The position numbers and the translations under genes were made by a program. A stretch of 64,000 nt of DNA from an uncultured Planctomycetia bacterium. Its GTDB lineage: Bacteria; Omnitrophota; Gorgyraeia; B26-G9. Positions 59,449-64,000 of the stretch are shown piece after piece. Within the stretch, counting starts at the first letter, position 1. Every line of letters starts with the position of its first letter. The stretch spans positions 28,552-92,551 of the forward strand of contig CAYTGV010000001.1 of NCBI GenBank assembly GCA_964437495.1, written 5' to 3'. The notes below the pieces were generated by a model. That model saw only the letters and a list, made by a program, of their open reading frames with translations. It had not been told where the DNA came from and searched no databases.

Positions 59449-61044
59449 ATGAAAAACAAAACAAGGACACAAGTCATAATATTTTTATCTGCTTTAATTT
59501 TATTTCATTTGGCAGTAAATTGCTTGTGGCATAGCAGCAATAAAATGCCTCAAGGCAAAGGTGCTTTTGAGCATTTAAATAAAACAGCTAATATGCTCCG
59601 CATATTTGAGGGAGATTTGAAGCCACATTTCTACAGTCAAAACCATTCCTATGTATATAATATAATATTCCTCACAAAAAAATGGCCCCCTTTTTATTAT
59701 TTTAGCGGATTATTGTTTTACATATTATTATTTCCTCTAGTAGGAATGGCCTCGATATATGCAGCTTCTAGTTTTTTCTTCGCACTTCTAATAATATTTT
59801 CTTACAAAACAAGCAGGCAAAACTACAATCACAAAATTGGCTTGTTTTCAGCTTTCTTTTGTTCCTTCATCCCTTATATCTCCTATGCAAGCAGACAGTA
59901 TAATTTGGAGATAGCCTCAACAGCTTTTATTTTTATAAGCTACTATTGCTTATTAAAATCAAATAAATTTACAAATAAAAAATTCTCCATTATTGCCGGC
60001 TTATTCGCTGGGATTAGCCTGCTATTCAAATACACCTCGCTGGTTTTCATTTTAAGTTACTTACTACTTACAATACGTCAACTGCTTCAAGATTCCAAAA
60101 AATATGATTTAAAAATCTGGGCGAGAAATTTAGCATTGTTCTCGACGATTACAACCATTATCAGTATGCTCTATTACAGCAACCCTATGGTCATAAAATC
60201 GCTATTTAAACGCGCCCTGCATCCTGACTTTATAAGCACTCAGATAAGCAGAGTTTATTTTTATCTCAATGGAATGGTCTTTGACTTGTTAGGAACAATT
60301 ATAACATCCATATTCCTGGTTTCTTCTGTTATATTTTTAAAAAGAAAAAAGGAAAGAAACATCTTTATTTTTCTTATAGGTATTCCTCTGCTCGTAATCT
60401 CGTCTGTTCCAAAAAGCGACCTGCAAAATCATCTAGACTATCTGATCCCTGTTCTGCCGATAATAGCCATGTTATGTTCTGCGACTTTATTAGGCATAAG
60501 GAAAAAAATAGTTAGGCTGGCCCTCTTAACATTTACTATTACAGTTTTAGTATTTCAATTCTTCGCAGTTTCATTTATTATTCCTGAAGGCAGACCGATT
60601 TTTGCGCATCATGGGTTCAATGATATATCTACCTTCTTCGCTTTTTCACGGCCTCCTATAAAAAAATCACCTTATACAGATGTTGCCGAATACATTTCCA
60701 AGAGCAGCGCAGGAAAAAATATTAAGATCGGCCTTATCTCTGATAGTAGCGATATTTTTGCAGTAATCTTTGAATCTCATATTTTCTTCAGACAAGATAC
60801 CTGGAAAATGATAAATTTTGCTTTAGACAAAAATCGTTTTTATAGACATTTAGATACATATGATTACTTGATCTACTCTTCAGACACCTTGCAGGATTTT
60901 TTAAATAAAGATAAACGGCTGACCACCATAAAAGACCGCTTTAAGTTGAAAAAAGCATATTTTTTCCGATCAACAATCCCCTTTTTCAATTTTGAAGAAA
61001 AAGTATTCCTATTTAAAAATACCTATGATCATAAAATTGATTAA
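59449..61044 (+). CDS. Polytopic membrane protein, GT-C-fold glycosyltransferase-like (ArnT/PMT-like)
   Basis: 531 aa, more than 10 TM helices with aromatic/loop-rich spacing typical of GT-C (GT39/GT83-like) enzymes; the only long + strand gene nearby. Confidence 0.45.
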   Translation: MKNKTRTQVIIFLSALILFHLAVNCLWHSSNKMPQGKGAFEHLNKTANMLRIFEGDLKPHFYSQNHSYVYNIIFLTKKWPPFYYFSGLLFYILLFPLVGMASIYAASSFFFALLIIFSYKTSRQNYNHKIGLFSAFFCSFIPYISYASRQYNLEIASTAFIFISYYCLLKSNKFTNKKFSIIAGLFAGISLLFKYTSLVFILSYLLLTIRQLLQDSKKYDLKIWARNLALFSTITTIISMLYYSNPMVIKSLFKRALHPDFISTQISRVYFYLNGMVFDLLGTIITSIFLVSSVIFLKRKKERNIFIFLIGIPLLVISSVPKSDLQNHLDYLIPVLPIIAMLCSATLLGIRKKIVRLALLTFTITVLVFQFFAVSFIIPEGRPIFAHHGFNDISTFFAFSRPPIKKSPYTDVAEYISKSSAGKNIKIGLISDSSDIFAVIFESHIFFRQDTWKMINFALDKNRFYRHLDTYDYLIYSSDTLQDFLNKDKRLTTIKDRFKLKKAYFFRSTIPFFNFEEKVFLFKNTYDHKID

Positions 61045-61345
61045 AGATCTCCCCCTACAAATTAGCATTGCTGCAGCAGTTTACTAACAGAGAGTTATCT
61101 CCCTTATATGTACAAGACCAATTTTACTATATTTATCCATTAGATAATTCGAAAAATTGGATTAGTCCGCAAAAAGTTTATCAGGGCATAGACAAGGATT
61201 TACTTAAGAAGATGAATATCCCCTGAGATTTTTCCTTGAGAGAAAAGGAAGAGGCTCTTTTAATACATAAATCATTGCTAAGCTCAGGGCAATATTATTA
61301 TTTATACAAGAAATTGTGATAAAAAAAGCTGCGCTTGAAATAAAT

Positions 61346-61373
61346 AAAACCTCACAAAAAATTGTGAGGTTTT
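61346..61373 (-). terminator. Rho-independent terminator after tRNA-Gly
   Basis: Minus strand reads aaaacctcac-aatttttt-gtgaggtttt followed by a T-rich tract. Confidence 0.6.
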
Positions 61374-61378
61374 GAATT

Positions 61379-61452
61379 TGGAGCGGGAGAAGGGAATCGA
61401 ACCCTCGTAACCAGCTTGGAAGGCTAGTGTTCTACCACTGAACTACTCCCGC
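61379..61452 (-). tRNA. tRNA-Gly (anticodon UCC), CCA encoded
   Basis: Reverse complement is GCGGGAGTAGTTCAGTGGTAGAACACTAGCCTTCCAAGCTGGTTACGAGGGTTCGATTCCCTTCTCCCGCTCCA. It folds as a cloverleaf with anticodon loop CTTCCAA. Confidence 0.85.
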
Positions 61453-61719
61453 GTAATCTTTACATATCAAAAAATTCGATATTTCACAGCTTGACAAATG
61501 AGACCACAATTTACGGAGTGAAACGAACGAAAATTGTCTGGTCGAATTTGATCCCACCTACGCTTTCTTCTGTACCTTTATGGAGCTCAGCTACGGCGGG
61601 CACGCCCGCCATTTAACTGTTCATTCTTAAGGATAGCCTGCCATCTGCCACTTTGTTTCTACAAAGCAATTTTTATAGATGGCCTGCCATCCATAGCTTT
61701 GGTTTACCAAAGCGAAGGA

Positions 61720-61803
61720 TGGTGGGCAGGATAGGATTTGAACCTATGTAGGCGTCGCCGGCAGATTTACAGTCTGCTGCCATTTCCACTCGGCCACCTG
61801 CCC
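61720..61803 (-). tRNA. tRNA-Tyr (anticodon GUA), class II long variable arm, CCA encoded
   Basis: Reverse complement is GGGCAGGTGGCCGAGTGGAAATGGCAGCAGACTGTAAATCTGCCGGCGACGCCTACATAGGTTCAAATCCTATCCTGCCCACCA. Confidence 0.85.
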
Positions 61804-61891
61804 AATAAAAGTATAAAGTAAAAAGGTAAAAGTAAAAGGTTAACAATTTTGCCGCTTTTGCCTTTTTCCTTTTGCCTTTTTACTTACAAAA

Positions 61892-61966
61892 TGGAGCTGG
61901 CGAGAGGAATCGAACCCCCAACCAGCTGATTACAAATCAGCTGCTCTACCGTTGAGCCACGCCAGC
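61892..61966 (-). tRNA. tRNA-Thr (anticodon UGU), CCA encoded
   Basis: Reverse complement is GCTGGCGTGGCTCAACGGTAGAGCAGCTGATTTGTAATCAGCTGGTTGGGGGTTCGATTCCTCTCGCCAGCTCCA. Confidence 0.85.
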
Positions 61967-61973
61967 AAAATCT

Positions 61974-62846
61974 CTATTTATTACCGCTTATTTTCTTTAA
62001 AACAAACGGTAGTATATTTAATATATCAGTGGCCAGTAAACTTAATTGGCCTGTATGTTTTACTGCCTCATCCCCAGCCATTCCATGTACATATACAGCT
62101 AATTTTACCGCATCAAATACATTTGGTGATTGACCTAAAAAAGCAGCTGTAATCCCTGTAAGCACATCCCCGCTGCCTCCCTTAGCCATACCGGGATTTC
62201 CTGTATTGTTTTCAAAGACTTCACCACTTGAATCTGCCACTACTGTTCTGTGGCCTTTTAATACAGTTACAATATTATACATACCTGAAAACTCTTTTGC
62301 AAGCATTCTTCGATTTTTCTGCACATAGCTTGTTTTTCTGTCTAAAATACGGCCCATTTCACCTGGATGGGGGGTGATCACTGTCAAGGCCCTGCGATTT
62401 TTTAAAATGTCCATATAACCCACAAGAGCATTCAATGCGTCTGCATCTATGACCATGGGAATATTTATACTACTTATGATCTTTCTTATAAGAGCCTGCG
62501 TTGACTTATTCCTTGATAGGCCAGGGCCGATAGCCAATACATCCTTATCTTTAGCAAATCTCCTTATTTGCGAAAAAGACTTTAAGGCCAGGCTACCTTG
62601 GCTTGTTTCCGGTAATGGCAAGGTCATTGCTTCTGTAAGTTTTCGGCTTACTATTGAATACTGGCTTTGAGCAATGCCAAGCGTCACCAACCCTGCCCCG
62701 CTAAGCAATGCACCTTTTGCGCATAAGACAGCTGCACCGGTCAATCCCTTTGATCCGGCTATAATAAAAATATGCCCAAAATTACCTTTATGGACATCTT
62801 TTTTTCTTTTTAAAAATTCCGTATTAAGACCCTTTTTACTTTTCAT
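61974..62846 (-). CDS. nnrD: ADP-dependent NAD(P)H-hydrate dehydratase (YjeF C-terminal domain)
   Basis: GNFGHIFIIAGSKGLTGAAVLCAKGALLSGAGLV... and ...GGSGDVLTGITAAFL. Confidence 0.8.
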   Translation of the reverse strand: MKSKKGLNTEFLKRKKDVHKGNFGHIFIIAGSKGLTGAAVLCAKGALLSGAGLVTLGIAQSQYSIVSRKLTEAMTLPLPETSQGSLALKSFSQIRRFAKDKDVLAIGPGLSRNKSTQALIRKIISSINIPMVIDADALNALVGYMDILKNRRALTVITPHPGEMGRILDRKTSYVQKNRRMLAKEFSGMYNIVTVLKGHRTVVADSSGEVFENNTGNPGMAKGGSGDVLTGITAAFLGQSPNVFDAVKLAVYVHGMAGDEAVKHTGQLSLLATDILNILPFVLKKISGNK

Positions 62847-63222
62847 TTTTCCCGACTAAAATAGCCATTGCCTGTGCATAATTACGGGTATGCGACATGC
62901 TTACACAGATTTCACTGATATTCTTCTTTTTTCTTAATTTCTCCATTGCCCGTTTTAATGTTACAACCGGCCGGCCATGCTTATTGTTTATAATCTCTAC
63001 ATCCCTAAGGTTAACAATTGAAAAACCATCACCAAATGCTTTTAATACCGCTTCTTTCGCGGCAAATCTCGCAGCCAGATGCTCACAATAGAATTTCCGG
63101 CTCATAGAATAATTTATTTCCTGCTCTGTGAATATTCTTTTAAGAAATGAATCCTTCCATTTTTTAATAGCATTCTTCATTCTTTTTGTTTCGATGATAT
63201 CAGTCCCACAACTTATAAACAT
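62836..63222 (-). CDS. acpS: Holo-[acyl-carrier-protein] synthase
   Basis: 128 aa; ...GTDIIE...FAAKEAVLKAFG... matches AcpS motifs. Confidence 0.85.
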   Translation of the reverse strand: MFISCGTDIIETKRMKNAIKKWKDSFLKRIFTEQEINYSMSRKFYCEHLAARFAAKEAVLKAFGDGFSIVNLRDVEIINNKHGRPVVTLKRAMEKLRKKKNISEICVSMSHTRNYAQAMAILVGKNEK

Positions 63223-63237
63223 CTTAATTCCTTTGAT

Positions 63238-63969
63238 TTACCCGATTTGAGCACTAGCTATAATTACTTTCATTTCAGATACCGCCTGATATAATCCCAC
63301 CAGCACCGCTCTTGATATTATTGAATGTCCAATATTAAGTTCTTCTATCTCTGGAATAGCCTCGATTATAGACCTTGTATTTAAATATGTTAAACCGTGT
63401 CCGGCATTAACTCCCAACCCAATCTCTTTTGCAAAAGATGCTGCCTTGGCCAGTCTGTCCAACTGTTTTTTAACCGCTTTTGAAGCCACTGCATTGGCAA
63501 AGGCACCTGTATGCAATTCAATAAAATCCGCTCCGATATTTTTTGCAGCTTCTATCTGCTTCTTCTCAGGTTCGATAAATAAGCTTACAATAATATTTTT
63601 TTCTTTTAGGCGTTCTATAACACTTTTTATCCTGCCCTGTTTGCCTGATACGTCCAAGCCCCCTTCAGTAGTAACTTCCTGCCGCTTTTCCGGGACTAAA
63701 GTTGCCTGTTCAGGCTTAATTTTTCTTGCAATAGTTACAATTTCAGGAGCAATAGACATTTCCAGATTTAGCCGTGTACGCAAACTCTTACGCAATAAAC
63801 GAACATCCCGATCATTAACATGACGCCTGTCCTCCCGGAGATGAACTGTTATCCCATCTGCCCCGGCATTCTCTACAATAGCTGCTGCCTCTAAAGGGTC
63901 AGGCTCTATTGTCTGCCTTGCCTGTCTAAGGGTAGCCACATGGTCAATGTTTACGCTAAGCTTTATCAT
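63238..63969 (-). CDS. pdxJ: Pyridoxine 5'-phosphate synthase
   Basis: [51 protein letters not shown] matches PdxJ; pdxJ-acpS order as in many bacteria. Confidence 0.9.
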   Translation of the reverse strand: MIKLSVNIDHVATLRQARQTIEPDPLEAAAIVENAGADGITVHLREDRRHVNDRDVRLLRKSLRTRLNLEMSIAPEIVTIARKIKPEQATLVPEKRQEVTTEGGLDVSGKQGRIKSVIERLKEKNIIVSLFIEPEKKQIEAAKNIGADFIELHTGAFANAVASKAVKKQLDRLAKAASFAKEIGLGVNAGHGLTYLNTRSIIEAIPEIEELNIGHSIISRAVLVGLYQAVSEMKVIIASAQIG

Positions 63970-64000
63970 TTTGGGACTCCTAGCTCATTCTCTATAACCT

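Noticed and set aside
61455-61719. A fourth tRNA (e.g. thrT as in E. coli thrU-tyrU-glyT-thrT) in the long Tyr-Gly spacer
   Set aside because: I could not fold any segment into a cloverleaf with acceptor and T-arm. Only hairpins and palindromes are present.
1-64000. CRISPR arrays, IS elements, integrases, prophage or obvious defence/toxin-antitoxin modules
   Set aside because: No direct-repeat/spacer arrays, transposase, integrase or phage structural genes were recognised.

Overview
Low-GC bacterial chromosomal segment, about 90% coding, with nearly all genes on the minus strand; the gene content points to an anaerobe. Main blocks, left to right: (1) an MMPL/RND exporter with a LolA-like partner and a partial porin-like gene; (2) an oxidative-stress island (Fur/PerR-family regulator, FNR-like reductase, rubrerythrin, 1Fe superoxide reductase, thioredoxin, rubredoxin, flavodiiron protein, plus ferritin-like and glutaredoxin-like genes each carrying an in-frame stop), with a Fur/Per-box palindrome upstream of the regulator; (3) a 1012-aa exported protein containing a glycogen-synthase-like GT-B region; (4) rpmB and feoAB; (5) a TPR-SpoIID protein and a TrkA-like gene; (6) a heme/siroheme cluster (Ahb-type radical SAM, cobA-hemD fusion, hemC, hemA, CcsA/HemX-like, sirC, ResB-like) interrupted by a response-regulator HD-GYP gene; (7) cheR, comFB-like, dprA, aroK, mnmE, folC, purH, AmmeMemo-type radical SAM, cca, nuclease, NUDIX, cheC-like, pncB, ccdA; (8) a decayed rhomboid gene and an AT-rich non-coding stretch; (9) nth, ferredoxin, dacA-like, yjbQ, pyrE, kdsB; (10) a divergent SecY paralog fused to a DUF2007-like C-terminal domain, away from any ribosomal-protein operon; (11) an ABC transporter, a multiply disrupted FAD-linked oxidase pseudogene, fliW-csrA with an upstream coiled-coil protein; (12) DUF362/Fe-S, a GT-C membrane protein, a tRNA-Thr/Tyr/Gly cluster with an unusually long structured spacer, and nnrD-acpS-pdxJ. 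Most worth a second look: several otherwise intact genes carry in-frame stop codons (TAA, TAG, TGA) without frameshifts; a G9 homopolymer sits in the ribosome-binding site of the RND exporter; the SecY-DUF2007 fusion. Coordinates for features I delimited by hand (small ORFs, tRNAs, motifs) may be off by 1-2 nt.
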